Virus record (IMG/VR): IMGVR_UViG_3300027374_000458
Location: 1 to 64,000 of that record
DNA length: 64,000 bases
Strand: one strand, 5' to 3'
Source: a virus
Lineage: Duplodnaviria; Caudoviricetes
Part shown: positions 24,646-34,890 of the stretch, one piece after another
Position numbering within the stretch: position 1 is the first letter of the stretch
Layout of the letters: each line of letters opens with the position of its first letter
Notes under the pieces: model-generated
Told to the model about the DNA's origin: nothing
Seen by the model: only the letters and a program-made list of their open reading frames with translations
Databases searched by the model: none
Position numbers and translations under genes: made by a program

Positions 24646-26817
24646 ATGCTCAAAAAAGAGCTGCTGCAAATGCGCTCGTTGAAAGCTACACAAAAGATGA
24701 TGCGGCTGGCAGAGAACGATACTCCTGCCAAGATAAAGCGGGAATACTGGCCTGGTCATGTCTATGAAGAGGAGCACCGCCAGTATGGTCTTTATCTGCG
24801 ATGTGCGCTGCAGAACAATATCCTGAAGGTCGCTTTTTTCCTCCCGGACGCTATGCGTCTGGGAGGGCGCCGGCCTGCTTACGAACTTTATATTGACCGT
24901 GAAAACGACAGGTTCATCACTTTTGACTGCGCCAATCGCAAATGGCTGGAATCAAAAGTGGATCGCATCAACTGGCCCAGCTCTCAGTATCACTGTGACG
25001 AGAAATGGATTTCTGATTCTGATGACAATATCATCAAGCAGTACCTTGGAACCGGCAGCGGATACGATGGAATTCTCTCCTATCAGATGAACATCCGTGA
25101 AAAGGAGCTGGAGGCACGTCATAGGAAAGAAACTGACCAATGGGATGCCGATCTGCTCCAGATTCCTCCGGTTCCAAAGGATTGGGAACGCTGGGTGAGT
25201 AAAGTCGGAATCCAGGAAAATTTTATTTTTTACCGTTATGACAAGAAGGGCACGCATACAGGACATTGCTCTTTCTGTGATAAAGAGGTTCCCATCAAAC
25301 GTCCTCACTATAATAAAGTAGGACATTGTCCTTGCTGCCGGCACAAGGTTGTCTATAAGTCTATTGGAAAGTTCGGTCGGCTCTGGACAAAGGACGCTTA
25401 TATGTACCTGATCCAGCGCTGCAAAGACGGCTTCGTGATCCGAGAATTCATGGGACAGAGGTTCTATTCTAAAGAAACGTATCAGACGCCCAAGCTGTCC
25501 ATACAGGAAATCCGCAGGGCAGTCTATTCCCCTGACGCGAAACCGCTTCGGGCCTATTGCTGGGGACGCTATAAGCTGCACACACTCCGGTGGATACCAA
25601 CAGGGCTTTGCGTACCATTCCGTTCCTATTATTACAGTGACCAATCTGGCCGCGTTTATGGGAAAACGATTCCCAGCCTTTCCAAGCTGGAGTTGAGCCG
25701 CACGGGGCTGCCTGAAATAGCAATCGGGTCGGTTATCGATCCGGAACATTATCTTGCTGTCTTTCGGGAAATCCCACTGTTGGAAAAACTGGTAAAAGCA
25801 AGGCTACCCCGGCTGGCTGGTGAATGCGTTTCTGACTACCATGAGTTCCAACAACGGTTCGGTGCCTCCAAAGCAACCAGCCTGACGGGAATCATGGGCA
25901 TCGATCAGCAGGAGTTGAAACGGCTTCGCGCCCAAAACGGCGGTCTTCGTTTTCTGGACTGGCTTCGCTACGAAAAGGCAGCGAAAACCCAGGTTCCCGA
26001 TGATGTTGTGGCGTGGTTCTGTGCGGAAAAAATCACAGTCAATGACTTAAAATTCATCCACGGCAAAATGAGCCTTACCCAGATCCGCAATTACATCCGG
26101 CGTCAAATGTCGGAAACCGGCATGACCAGCGGCGAGGTGCTGAACACCTGGGCGGATTACCTTTCTATGGCAAAGCGGTTTGGCATGGATACGGACGATG
26201 CCATCATATATCGTGTTCGCAAGCTGAAAAAGCGGCACGATGAGCTGGCCCGGAGAGGTGCCGGAAAGCCTGTTGTCCTCCGTGCCGGAAAGCTGCTGCT
26301 GCAATTCCCTCATGTGGAGGAGATCATGCAGTCGGTCAGGGAGAAGTTCGAGTACACCGGGAAAGAGTACAAGATCATCGCGCCAACCTGTGTTGAGGAT
26401 ATCCTGTTGGAGGGCGACACGCTCCACCACTGCATTTCCAACGCTGAGCGCTATTGGGATCGGATGGAGCAGCGGGAGAGTTATATTCTGTTCCTGCGAA
26501 AGCTAAGCGATCCTGATAAGCCTTACTACACATTAGAGGTAGAACCCAACGGTACGGTTCGGCAGCTCCGAACGTATTATGACCGGCAAAACGAGAAGGA
26601 CATCAATGCGGCCCGCTCCTTTTTGCGGACATGGCAGAAAGTTGTAGCCAAACGGCTCAATGAGGAAGACCGTATGTTGGCGAAAGCCAGCAAGGTACTG
26701 CGGGAACAGGAATTTATCCAGATGCGGAACGACCAGGTCATCATCCATACGGGAGACCTGGCCGGAAAGCTGCTGGTAGATGTCCTTACCGCAGATTTAA
26801 TGGAAGCAGCGGCATAG
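24646..26817 (+). CDS. PcfJ domain protein
   Basis: TWADYLSMA, EGDTLHHCI, ILFLRK...KPYYTLEV...VRQLR. Confidence 0.85.
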   Translation: MLKKELLQMRSLKATQKMMRLAENDTPAKIKREYWPGHVYEEEHRQYGLYLRCALQNNILKVAFFLPDAMRLGGRRPAYELYIDRENDRFITFDCANRKWLESKVDRINWPSSQYHCDEKWISDSDDNIIKQYLGTGSGYDGILSYQMNIREKELEARHRKETDQWDADLLQIPPVPKDWERWVSKVGIQENFIFYRYDKKGTHTGHCSFCDKEVPIKRPHYNKVGHCPCCRHKVVYKSIGKFGRLWTKDAYMYLIQRCKDGFVIREFMGQRFYSKETYQTPKLSIQEIRRAVYSPDAKPLRAYCWGRYKLHTLRWIPTGLCVPFRSYYYSDQSGRVYGKTIPSLSKLELSRTGLPEIAIGSVIDPEHYLAVFREIPLLEKLVKARLPRLAGECVSDYHEFQQRFGASKATSLTGIMGIDQQELKRLRAQNGGLRFLDWLRYEKAAKTQVPDDVVAWFCAEKITVNDLKFIHGKMSLTQIRNYIRRQMSETGMTSGEVLNTWADYLSMAKRFGMDTDDAIIYRVRKLKKRHDELARRGAGKPVVLRAGKLLLQFPHVEEIMQSVREKFEYTGKEYKIIAPTCVEDILLEGDTLHHCISNAERYWDRMEQRESYILFLRKLSDPDKPYYTLEVEPNGTVRQLRTYYDRQNEKDINAARSFLRTWQKVVAKRLNEEDRMLAKASKVLREQEFIQMRNDQVIIHTGDLAGKLLVDVLTADLMEAAA

Positions 26818-26832
26818 CCGCAATATTGACAA

Positions 26833-26860
26833 GCGGGGTGGACGATTCTGTCCACCCTGC
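26833..26860 (+). terminator. GC-rich hairpin after pcfJ
   Basis: GCGGGGTGGAC-GATTCT-GTCCACCCTGC. Confidence 0.55.
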
Positions 26861-26886
26861 TCAATTTAAAAAAGGAGATGTTTGAA

Positions 26887-27234
26887 ATGACAGTATCCCA
26901 GCGTAATGATCTTGTAGAGCAGTATCTTTGGTGTATCGACAGCGTGATTTGGCAAAATCAGACTCTGATTATTGGAGCGCACCTTGACCGGGAGGATGTA
27001 TACCAATCCCTGGCCGTGCGTCTTATCCAGGCTGTGAGGCGGTTCAACCCCGATAAGGGCAGAAGTTTGAAAGGCTATATCTTTGACCAGCTGAAGTACG
27101 AACTGCTTTCTTGCAGTGGACCGCAGGCAAAGTTTGGCTTCATGGACGCACCGTACCATTTGCGTGACGCGGTGGTTTCCATGGACTCATTGGCGGAGGA
27201 CGACCCATACTGGGAGAGACGGATTGCGGCTTGA
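26887..27234 (+). CDS. Sigma-70 region 2-only protein
   Basis: RNDLVEQYL...EDVYQSLAVRLIQAVRRFNPDKGRSLKGYI; no region 4. Confidence 0.6.
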   Translation: MTVSQRNDLVEQYLWCIDSVIWQNQTLIIGAHLDREDVYQSLAVRLIQAVRRFNPDKGRSLKGYIFDQLKYELLSCSGPQAKFGFMDAPYHLRDAVVSMDSLAEDDPYWERRIAA

Positions 27235-27716
27235 CGGAAAGGTACAGATATGGAACGAATTACTGTCCAGCAAACGTGTTCTCTGATTATCAGACGAGAC
27301 GAGATTCATGTTGGAGGCCAATATGGGCCCAAAGGAGACTGAATATAGGTATGGGTACATGCAAACATATGAAGACAGTTGAGGACATTGCAAAAGACAT
27401 CAATCGACAATATAACATTCAGCTTGACTATGAATACATAGAGCGAATTAAAAGGCTCATTTGCAGTTCGCTTTGTCATGGCATTTGCGATCCTAAAAAC
27501 ATTGTGCAAAGGAACCACCAATGAGCCGGTCATCAAGGCTGCTCCTGCTGTCACCTGCTCTCATGGGCTATTGTGCATCAGGCGCGAGAGAAAATACCCT
27601 GACAAGCGGATATATGGAGCTCAAGCTGGAGCCAAAGAACGCTCCGCCTGCAGGAAACTGACAGATAGGGAATGAAATCACATACATCCCTGTCAAATAA
27701 CTATTAGGAGGTCAAT

Positions 27717-28166
27717 ATGAAACAGCTCGGTAATTTGGCTATGGTCTGTGCCCAGCGTCCGGAAGTTTTGCTGCAGATCCATAACGGTCAGGCGGCAGTT
27801 TATGCCGGCGCAGGTCCTAACAGGGCGGTGCTCGCTGCTGCCTGGGACAATGATGCGGAAATCAACAGCATCATTCACGAACTGAACTTCGGCAAGTACG
27901 CATCCAAAAACCCTGCGGAGAATCCCTCGGAAAGTTGTGTTCCGCCTAAAAAGTGTGAGGGATCGATTTCCGGCAGCCGGGCCGTAACCCTTATCAACCG
28001 GCTGATCGACCGAATGCTCAACGATGAGGGCGGCCATGTCAAGCCTGTCATTGAAGCTCTTCTGGATATGGACTTCACATCGGATGAACTCATTGAGGAA
28101 TTCCATTTTTCCTCCAGCGATGTTGACGAGTGTGCAAATGGGCCGGATGCTCCCGAATTGAATTGA
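27717..28166 (+). CDS. Hypothetical protein
   Basis: RBS TAGGAGG. Confidence 0.65.
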   Translation: MKQLGNLAMVCAQRPEVLLQIHNGQAAVYAGAGPNRAVLAAAWDNDAEINSIIHELNFGKYASKNPAENPSESCVPPKKCEGSISGSRAVTLINRLIDRMLNDEGGHVKPVIEALLDMDFTSDELIEEFHFSSSDVDECANGPDAPELN

Positions 28167-28181
28167 AAGAGGTAACGGACT

Positions 28182-28505
28182 ATGGATATTAAAAATCTGA
28201 ATCAGCTCAAAAAAGCGATGAAAGGCTGTCCTAAATTTGAGATCGTTGAGCACTGCCGTCCGGAGTGCATCGGACAGATCCGCCGGGTAACGCTGGCAAA
28301 CACCCAGGGCTTCTACAGCGGTATGGAGGGACAGCCGGACCATGAGATCAACCGTAACAACAACGGCCTTGGTCTTGTCCTCTCGTGGGGCAAGGCCGAT
28401 GTTTGGGGTTTTCAGGACGGTTTGTGTACCCAGTATTTCAAGGGAACGGAGCATACAGTGCAAAATGCAGTGATCTCGTTCCGCATTTTGGAGGAGGCAG
28501 CCTGA
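28182..28505 (+). CDS. Hypothetical protein
   Basis: RBS GAGGT; stop overlaps the ligA start. Confidence 0.7.
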   Translation: MDIKNLNQLKKAMKGCPKFEIVEHCRPECIGQIRRVTLANTQGFYSGMEGQPDHEINRNNNGLGLVLSWGKADVWGFQDGLCTQYFKGTEHTVQNAVISFRILEEAA

Positions 28506-30496
28506 TGGAAGAAAAAGCATATGAAAAAGTCGCGGCGTTGACGGCCCAGCTCAATCGCTACCGCCATGAGTATTACAATTTGAACGCTCCGACCGTAAGC
28601 GATGCGGTCTATGACCGGCGCTTTGATGACCTGAAGGAATTGGAAACAGCCACAGGCATCCGCATGACCAATTCGCCCACACAGACTGTGGGCTATCCGG
28701 CAGTCAGTGCGCTGCCTAAGACAATCCATAATATCCCGCTCCTGTCGCTGGATAAAACAAAACGTGTGGAGGATTTGATTTCCTTCGCCGGCGACCATCA
28801 AATAATGCTGATGCTGAAGCTGGACGGTCTGACGATCAAGCTGACCTATGAAAATGGGATGCTGATGGAGGCCGCCACCCGCGGCGACGGCAATGAGGGA
28901 GAAATTGTCACTCACAACGTACACGGCATCACCGGCATTCCTGATTTGATCCCCTATAAGGAGCGTCTGGTGGTCACAGGCGAGGCGTTTATCCGTCCGT
29001 CGGACTTCAAGGCTATCATTGACGCCCTGCCGGAGGATGAGGAGAAACCTAAAAATGGCCGCAACCTGGCTGCCGGCTCAATCCGGCTATTGGATGGCGC
29101 GGTCAGCAAAGACCGGCAGCTCACCTTTATGCCATTCAGCGTGCTAGAAGGACTGGATCAGTATGAAACGAAATCTCAGAAGCTGAGCTGCCTGCGGGTG
29201 CTGGGCTTCCAGTTCTGCAAGTATATGGTCAGCAAATCGGCGCTCAAAAAGGAGGAATTGGAGAACGCGATCCAGGCGCTTCAAAAATATGCGGAATCCT
29301 GTGACGTTCCCATTGACGGCATTGTGATGTCTTTCAATGATGTCGCCTACTCTAAATCCTGTGGGCGCACCGGCCACCACTATAAGGATGGCATCGCTTT
29401 CAAGTTTGAGGACCCCCCGTATGAAACCAAACTCCAGCAGATCGAATGGACGCCCACTCGCACAGGCGAAATCGCTCCGGTGGCAGTCTTCGACCCGGTT
29501 GAAATTGACGGCTGCCAGGTGTCCCGGGCCAGTCTGCACAACCTCTCCTTTATTGAGGGATTGGAGCTGATGCCCGGAAACCGGGTGCTGGTGACCAAGC
29601 GAAATATGATTATCCCCCAGGTGGAGGAAAATCTGGATCGGGGCGGTTTCGATTTGAATACCGTCATCCCGCCCCGCTGTCCGTGCTGCGGTGAGCCTAC
29701 GCGCATTCATGTGAGCGACAATGGAACCAAAACTCTGTTTTGTGACAATGCGGCCTGTGAAACCAGGCGGCTGCGCCAGTTTGTCCATTTTGTCGGAGAA
29801 AAGGCTATGGATATTGCGGGACTGTCCGAGTCCACGCTGGAAAAGTTTATCGGACGGGGCTGGCTGCACAGCTATATGGATGTTTACCGCTTGAACGAGC
29901 ACCAGGCGGAGATTATCAAAATGGAGGGCTTTGGAGAAAAATCATGGCAAAATCTCTGGGACGCGATTCAGCGCAGCCGTGATACCACTTTTGAGCGGTA
30001 TCTGATTGCGATGGATATCCCCATGATTGGCAACAATGCCAGCCGTGCCCTTGCCAAAGAATTTCACAGCAGTTTGGACGAGTTTGAGGCTGCCGTCATA
30101 GACGGTTATGATTTCACCAAGCTGCCCGATTTTGGCGAGACACTCCACAACAACATCCACCAGTGGTTCCACAGTGAAGAAAACTGGTATACCTGGGTGG
30201 ATCTGAGAACGCTGGTCAATATCCAGGCACCTGTACCTGTCACAGTGGCGGGGCCGGCAGATAATCCCTTTGCAGGTCTCACCATTGTAGTGACCGGCAA
30301 GGTCGAGCCGTATACCCGGGAGGGCATCAATGCGCTGATCGAATCGCTGGGTGCCCGCGCAGGCAGTTCCGTAAGCAGTAAAACCAACTACCTGGTCTGT
30401 GGTGAAAAGGCCGGCAGCAAATTGGAAAAGGCCCAGTCGCTGGGCATTCCTGTCCTGTCGCCTGCGGAATTTTACCGCATGGCCGGTGTGGCATAA
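28505..30496 (+). CDS. ligA: NAD-dependent DNA ligase
   Basis: KLDG adenylation motif, TRGDG, EWTPTRTG, RASLHN, CPCC zinc finger, HhH and C-terminal BRCT; the ATG at 28505 follows GGAGG. Confidence 0.96.
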   Translation: MEEKAYEKVAALTAQLNRYRHEYYNLNAPTVSDAVYDRRFDDLKELETATGIRMTNSPTQTVGYPAVSALPKTIHNIPLLSLDKTKRVEDLISFAGDHQIMLMLKLDGLTIKLTYENGMLMEAATRGDGNEGEIVTHNVHGITGIPDLIPYKERLVVTGEAFIRPSDFKAIIDALPEDEEKPKNGRNLAAGSIRLLDGAVSKDRQLTFMPFSVLEGLDQYETKSQKLSCLRVLGFQFCKYMVSKSALKKEELENAIQALQKYAESCDVPIDGIVMSFNDVAYSKSCGRTGHHYKDGIAFKFEDPPYETKLQQIEWTPTRTGEIAPVAVFDPVEIDGCQVSRASLHNLSFIEGLELMPGNRVLVTKRNMIIPQVEENLDRGGFDLNTVIPPRCPCCGEPTRIHVSDNGTKTLFCDNAACETRRLRQFVHFVGEKAMDIAGLSESTLEKFIGRGWLHSYMDVYRLNEHQAEIIKMEGFGEKSWQNLWDAIQRSRDTTFERYLIAMDIPMIGNNASRALAKEFHSSLDEFEAAVIDGYDFTKLPDFGETLHNNIHQWFHSEENWYTWVDLRTLVNIQAPVPVTVAGPADNPFAGLTIVVTGKVEPYTREGINALIESLGARAGSSVSSKTNYLVCGEKAGSKLEKAQSLGIPVLSPAEFYRMAGVA

Positions 30497-30501
30497 CAAT
30501 T

Positions 30502-30535
30502 TTGACGGGGGAAAGCATTTGCTTTCTCCCGTCAA
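30502..30535 (+). terminator. Hairpin after ligA
   Basis: TTGACGGGGGAAAGC-ATTT-GCTTTCTCCCGTCAA. Confidence 0.55.
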
Positions 30536-30591
30536 TTATCAAATGGATACCACAGGAGGAAGCTGTTGTGGTCGAAAGGAGGTTTGCACTA

Positions 30592-30780
30592 TTGGAACAA
30601 TGCAAGATATATACAGGCATCGCTTGTATAGACGGAACCTGCCCCATAGCCAACCGGGAAGAATATGAGGAGCGGTGCTATCCTGTCATACACAGCTGCG
30701 AGGAGTGCCACTTCTACAAAGGCTGTGAGGACTGTTGCTTTGCAGGCACAGACCTCTGCATAAAGGAACCACTGATTTAA
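30592..30780 (+). CDS. Small Cys-rich protein
   Basis: RBS AGGAGG with TTG start; about 10 Cys in 62 aa. Confidence 0.55.
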   Translation: MEQCKIYTGIACIDGTCPIANREEYEERCYPVIHSCEECHFYKGCEDCCFAGTDLCIKEPLI

Positions 30781-30918
30781 TTGCATTGAGCACAGAGTGT
30801 AGCGTAAAAAAGTTGGATTATTGCAAAAACAGGGAAGGTTGTCCCTGCCTTTGCAGTTCAAAAATCACGGAGTTTTTTGAAATCTGATTTAATCAGTGCT
30901 TCCTAAAGAAACGAACGG

Positions 30919-31245
30919 ATGCGGATGGATAAAGATAACTGCGTTCTCGGCAGCCGTGATTGTACGGCGTGCGCTTCCAAAGATGGATGCGTTCACAGCG
31001 ATGCCATCGGTTTGAATCGCGGCCTATACGCCAAGGAACTCTGGGGGCGGTTTGGTCTCATGCTGAAGTTGACAGGTGCGGAGTATGCGACCGTCATAAG
31101 CGGCGGAGAGGCCACCCACGCCCTTATCCGCGAAAAAATCGAGCTGGGAGAATTTGCTTTGGATGGTGAGAGTTACTTCCCGGCAACGGAAACCAGCCAA
31201 CCGGGCAAATGGCCGGTAAAAGAAGACATTCTACTTGAATTTTAG
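30919..31245 (+). CDS. Hypothetical protein
   Basis: Operon position; weak RBS. Confidence 0.45.
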   Translation: MRMDKDNCVLGSRDCTACASKDGCVHSDAIGLNRGLYAKELWGRFGLMLKLTGAEYATVISGGEATHALIREKIELGEFALDGESYFPATETSQPGKWPVKEDILLEF

Positions 31246-31258
31246 GAGGAAATTCGCG

Positions 31259-31924
31259 ATGGGATACAGGCAAGTATATTTTCGTATCAACAGCAAATAT
31301 GCGTATGGCAGTGGATGGTCAAATGACGATGAAGCCACCGAAGCATTTAAGGAAGAAACCCGCAGATTGTTCCAAGAGGACGGGTGGACGCTCCAGATAA
31401 GCAAGAACAGTTCCGTCTGCGACACAGCGGTGAAAGGGCTACAGGATCTCTATCTGCACCCCATGAATTTCAGCGGTGTGATTTTGGAGGAGGAGATCCC
31501 CAAAATCGAAGCATTGCTGGCAAAAGCCGCTACATTCCAGCACCGTGGAACTGATTGCTATGAAGCATATCTGGAACTGAGCGATGAGGACTATTGGACC
31601 CTGTTGGAAACCCAAAAAGCTGAAATTACAGCCGTAATTTTGGAGCAGTTCAAAACAAAACGCAGGAACCTCTATAAGTCCGGGGAAGCTACCATGAACA
31701 TTGCCCAACGGTTTATGGTTCACCGCCTTTGTGACAAAGAGGGTAATCGCAATAAAGCCAATCTGTACGTCAGCCAGCTGATCGAATCACTGATTGCGGA
31801 GGGACGCTTGATTACTGCACGTACAAAGAGCGGTACAGGTATCCGCACCGCAACGAAGGCAGAGTGGCAGGAGCATACGCCGCCCTTGGTGGATAAAGAC
31901 TACCTCTCCCGCCTTGCGGGTTGA
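31259..31924 (+). CDS. Hypothetical protein
   Basis: RBS TAGGAGG. Confidence 0.75.
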   Translation: MGYRQVYFRINSKYAYGSGWSNDDEATEAFKEETRRLFQEDGWTLQISKNSSVCDTAVKGLQDLYLHPMNFSGVILEEEIPKIEALLAKAATFQHRGTDCYEAYLELSDEDYWTLLETQKAEITAVILEQFKTKRRNLYKSGEATMNIAQRFMVHRLCDKEGNRNKANLYVSQLIESLIAEGRLITARTKSGTGIRTATKAEWQEHTPPLVDKDYLSRLAG

Positions 31925-32001
31925 CATTCAAATGGAATGGACATGGGCAAAAGGTACAGAAAGTCACCGAAAATATTATGGATCAAATGGAGGCTCAGGC
32001 T

Positions 32002-32190
32002 ATGACAGATATTGTAATCGTTGTAGAAGATGGCCGCGTGACCGCTGTGTATGCGTCAGAAGAAGATGCTGTAATGGTTGAGGTCATTGACAGGGACACA
32101 CAGAATCCGGAGGAGCAGGAGGAAATTGACGAGCAGTGCAGGCAGTTGGAGTGCCAAATTGCCAATGCGCAGATGTTCCAAATTTATTGA
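32002..32190 (+). CDS. Small acidic hypothetical protein
   Basis: RBS GGAGG before MTDIVIVVEDG. Confidence 0.6.
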   Translation: MTDIVIVVEDGRVTAVYASEEDAVMVEVIDRDTQNPEEQEEIDEQCRQLECQIANAQMFQIY

Positions 32191-32204
32191 TTGGAGGAAA
32201 TGCT

Positions 32205-32540
32205 TTGAGTAAAAAAACATATCGCATTGAGCTGTACTACGGATACCAGGAATGTGAGAGCGGTATCTACCATGCTTTTGATGCGGTAGATCCGCACGGG
32301 CATCACGATGATGAAAAAATGGCGGTCAAGCTCTCGGATACACTGGACACAACGCCTGACGATGCCAATTTTCATTACAATTCCATGCGCATCCTTTTGC
32401 CGTCGAGCGTCGTTGCGAGAATCCGGGCAGATGCCGTCAACGATTTTCTGATATCCATGACAAAGAATAAAGACGGAGGCGATCATATTCCAGAGGGAAC
32501 TGGCTGCACAGACCATGACCATCAGGAGGGCAATAAATGA
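32205..32540 (+). CDS. Hypothetical protein
   Basis: RBS GGAGG with TTG start. Confidence 0.6.
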   Translation: MSKKTYRIELYYGYQECESGIYHAFDAVDPHGHHDDEKMAVKLSDTLDTTPDDANFHYNSMRILLPSSVVARIRADAVNDFLISMTKNKDGGDHIPEGTGCTDHDHQEGNK

Positions 32541-32860
32541 AGAAAAAGGAGCTGGAAAAGCTGGCGGACAGCTTTCAGACGAAGGCCGACACAGCTTACC
32601 GGAACTATCAGGAAACCGGAATAAGCCGCTATAGCAGCACAGCCCGCCGGCACGAGAAGATGGCCGATGCCATCAGAATGGCGGCTCAGGCGGCTGACGA
32701 ACACTATGCGTACACCAACCTGAAAATGGAGATGTCCAACTTTGCGAGCAGGGCACAAAAAATAGGGCTTACTGCGGATGAGAAAGAGCGAACCAAATTG
32801 GTAGAGGCTCTCGTCCATGATATGATTGTCTGCGGTCGCCTTTATGGGCTGATTGGATAG
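32537..32860 (+). CDS. Hypothetical helical protein
   Basis: RBS AGGAGG; ATGA overlap. Confidence 0.7.
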   Translation: MKKKELEKLADSFQTKADTAYRNYQETGISRYSSTARRHEKMADAIRMAAQAADEHYAYTNLKMEMSNFASRAQKIGLTADEKERTKLVEALVHDMIVCGRLYGLIG

Positions 32861-32875
32861 GGGTGAGATGGCAAC

Positions 32876-33322
32876 GTGAAGAATGACATCTGCTGTGCGA
32901 CTTGTCCGATGATGAAAATAATCGGTCACGCAAAGTACACCGGCAATAACAGCCACATGGTTCGGCCTCGCGGGGTCTGTTTTTGCGGACACCCCGATGC
33001 TATAGCGGCTTTTGAGCTGCTTTGTCCCTGCGGCCGCCGTATGCCAGGATTCATCGCCTATACCGACAGAACCTCCGACCTACCGGCCATTAAGACAGCG
33101 CCGAGGTGGTGTCCCCGGAAGATGTATGAGAAGCCTGTGGAGATCAACAAACCGCAGGCATCTCAGGTCATTGAAACCCGGATGCCATGCGGCATGTTTT
33201 TCTTGGCAGCAGATAATGTAGTCACCGGCATTGACAACCGGACTGGCGATGCCTGGACAGAGGTCTTTGCTACGAAGCGTAAGTGTCTGATGTGGCTTAG
33301 GGATTACCGGACAGAAGAATAG
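32876..33322 (+). CDS. Hypothetical Cys-rich protein
   Basis: CCATCP and CFCGHP motifs; GTG start. Confidence 0.65.
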   Translation: MKNDICCATCPMMKIIGHAKYTGNNSHMVRPRGVCFCGHPDAIAAFELLCPCGRRMPGFIAYTDRTSDLPAIKTAPRWCPRKMYEKPVEINKPQASQVIETRMPCGMFFLAADNVVTGIDNRTGDAWTEVFATKRKCLMWLRDYRTEE

Positions 33323-33405
33323 CATCTTTTCACGGTATATGCACACTTAATCAAAAAGGCAATGTGCGCGAAATGGGAAACCAAATACAGATTGGAGGAA
33401 TTATT

Positions 33406-33846
33406 TTGGCAAATTATCATTGTGCTATCAGAACGAACTATTTTCATGTGAAAAACCCGGAGCTGTTTCGTCAATTTATGGCGCGTGTATACGGCGCAGA
33501 CGGCGCTGTAGAGCTCTGGGAGGAACTGGACACCAACAGCCAGACCACATTTGCATTTGGCTCCAATGGCGGGATCAGTGGCCTGCGGAACACGGCGGAG
33601 GATACATCGAAAGCGGCTGATGAATCGGCCTACGATGAATTTATCTGCGGACTCCAGCAGCATATTCAGGAAAACGACGCGGTTATCATTCTGGAATCCG
33701 GAAGAGAAAAGCTGTGTTACCTCGTTGGCACCGCTGAAATCATCACCTGTACAAGCTACGACCATCTGGATATTTCAGATCTGGCCCAACGTCATGCGGC
33801 CGCCATGCTGGGTAACCCTGCATGGCAGACGAAGCTCGACTATTGA
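33406..33846 (+). CDS. Hypothetical protein
   Basis: RBS GGAGG with TTG start. Confidence 0.7.
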   Translation: MANYHCAIRTNYFHVKNPELFRQFMARVYGADGAVELWEELDTNSQTTFAFGSNGGISGLRNTAEDTSKAADESAYDEFICGLQQHIQENDAVIILESGREKLCYLVGTAEIITCTSYDHLDISDLAQRHAAAMLGNPAWQTKLDY

Positions 33847-33858
33847 CGGAGGTACAGG

Positions 33859-34098
33859 ATGGAATACAAGTATTTTGAAGTCTGCATTGGCGATGGCCCA
33901 AAAGAGAGAGTCAACGATACCTGGATGTGCATTCGAGGTGTGAAAGCGCCATCTGTCCAAGAGGCGGAACAGTTTCTCACTGCAGACATTGCCAAATTTG
34001 GCGGACACGTTTTGAATGTATCCCCTATTGACCGGAAGATTGCCGAAAGCTGCTATGATTTCAGCTATGAGGAGCAATGGCCGGTGTACGGAATTTGA
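33859..34098 (+). CDS. Hypothetical protein
   Basis: RBS GGAGGT. Confidence 0.65.
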   Translation: MEYKYFEVCIGDGPKERVNDTWMCIRGVKAPSVQEAEQFLTADIAKFGGHVLNVSPIDRKIAESCYDFSYEEQWPVYGI

Positions 34099-34142
34099 TG
34101 CGCCGGCCTGTTGGCGGTGCGGAATAAATCGGAGGATTTCAT

Positions 34143-34769
34143 ATGAGTGAACCTAAAAAGATACCTGTTATGATCTTCCAAGCGCCGTTCGCATCCTTAA
34201 TGGAGCGCGGACTGTACCTGAAGATGCACGACCACAACCATCCGTTCTGTGGGACTGTACCCGCCGAATATTATCTGCCGGTTTTTCGTGGCGAGATCGA
34301 GTGCCCTCCGCTGCTCCCGGAGAACAATGAACAGCGGACGCATACAATTTTGGAGAAGGTCTACACCATCTTCAATACAACCCATCCCGCCGGCTACTGC
34401 GGGCGCAGTCTGTCGGTGGGAGATGTGGTCAAGCTGGAGGGGAACTATTATCTCTGCGCAGCCATCGGTTTTCAGCAGGTTTCATTCCAGTCCAGCCCCA
34501 ATCACCCGACGGAAAATCCAACGGCCTGTCCCTTGGTGCTCCCGGATGGAACGGCACTCCGGGTAACAGTCTGCAAGGAAGCCGCTTATCCGTGTGTCAA
34601 TATTGATCTGGTTGCCGCCGATGGTACGGAAGACCGGGTATGCTTTGCAGAGTATAATTTGGAGAAGGTGCCGGGGCATGAGTTGTGTGTCGGCGTCTAC
34701 TGCGCCTCCAAAGACGACACGGTTTACTACAACAGCTATTTTCGGGATCAGGAAGCTGGAGATAGCTAA
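34143..34769 (+). CDS. YodL domain protein
   Basis: LEKVYTIFNTTHPAGYCGRSLSVGDVVKL...YLCAAIGF. Confidence 0.8.
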   Translation: MSEPKKIPVMIFQAPFASLMERGLYLKMHDHNHPFCGTVPAEYYLPVFRGEIECPPLLPENNEQRTHTILEKVYTIFNTTHPAGYCGRSLSVGDVVKLEGNYYLCAAIGFQQVSFQSSPNHPTENPTACPLVLPDGTALRVTVCKEAAYPCVNIDLVAADGTEDRVCFAEYNLEKVPGHELCVGVYCASKDDTVYYNSYFRDQEAGDS

Positions 34770-34825
34770 GGTTGCAGCAATTATAGAATGACAATCCCCG
34801 CGATCCTGCGGGACAAATGAACGAA

Positions 34826-34870
34826 GGAACCGACAGGCTGTGTAATGAAGCCTGCCGGTTCCTTTTATTT
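34826..34870 (+). terminator. Rho-independent terminator
   Basis: GGAACCGACAGGCT...AGCCTGCCGGTTCC followed by TTTTATTT. Confidence 0.65.
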
Positions 34871-34890
34871 TGATGAAAGAATGGTGACTT

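Noticed and set aside
27231-27700. Genes between the sigma-2 gene and 27717
   Set aside because: Only short overlapping ORFs with poor RBSs; possibly decayed, not supportable.
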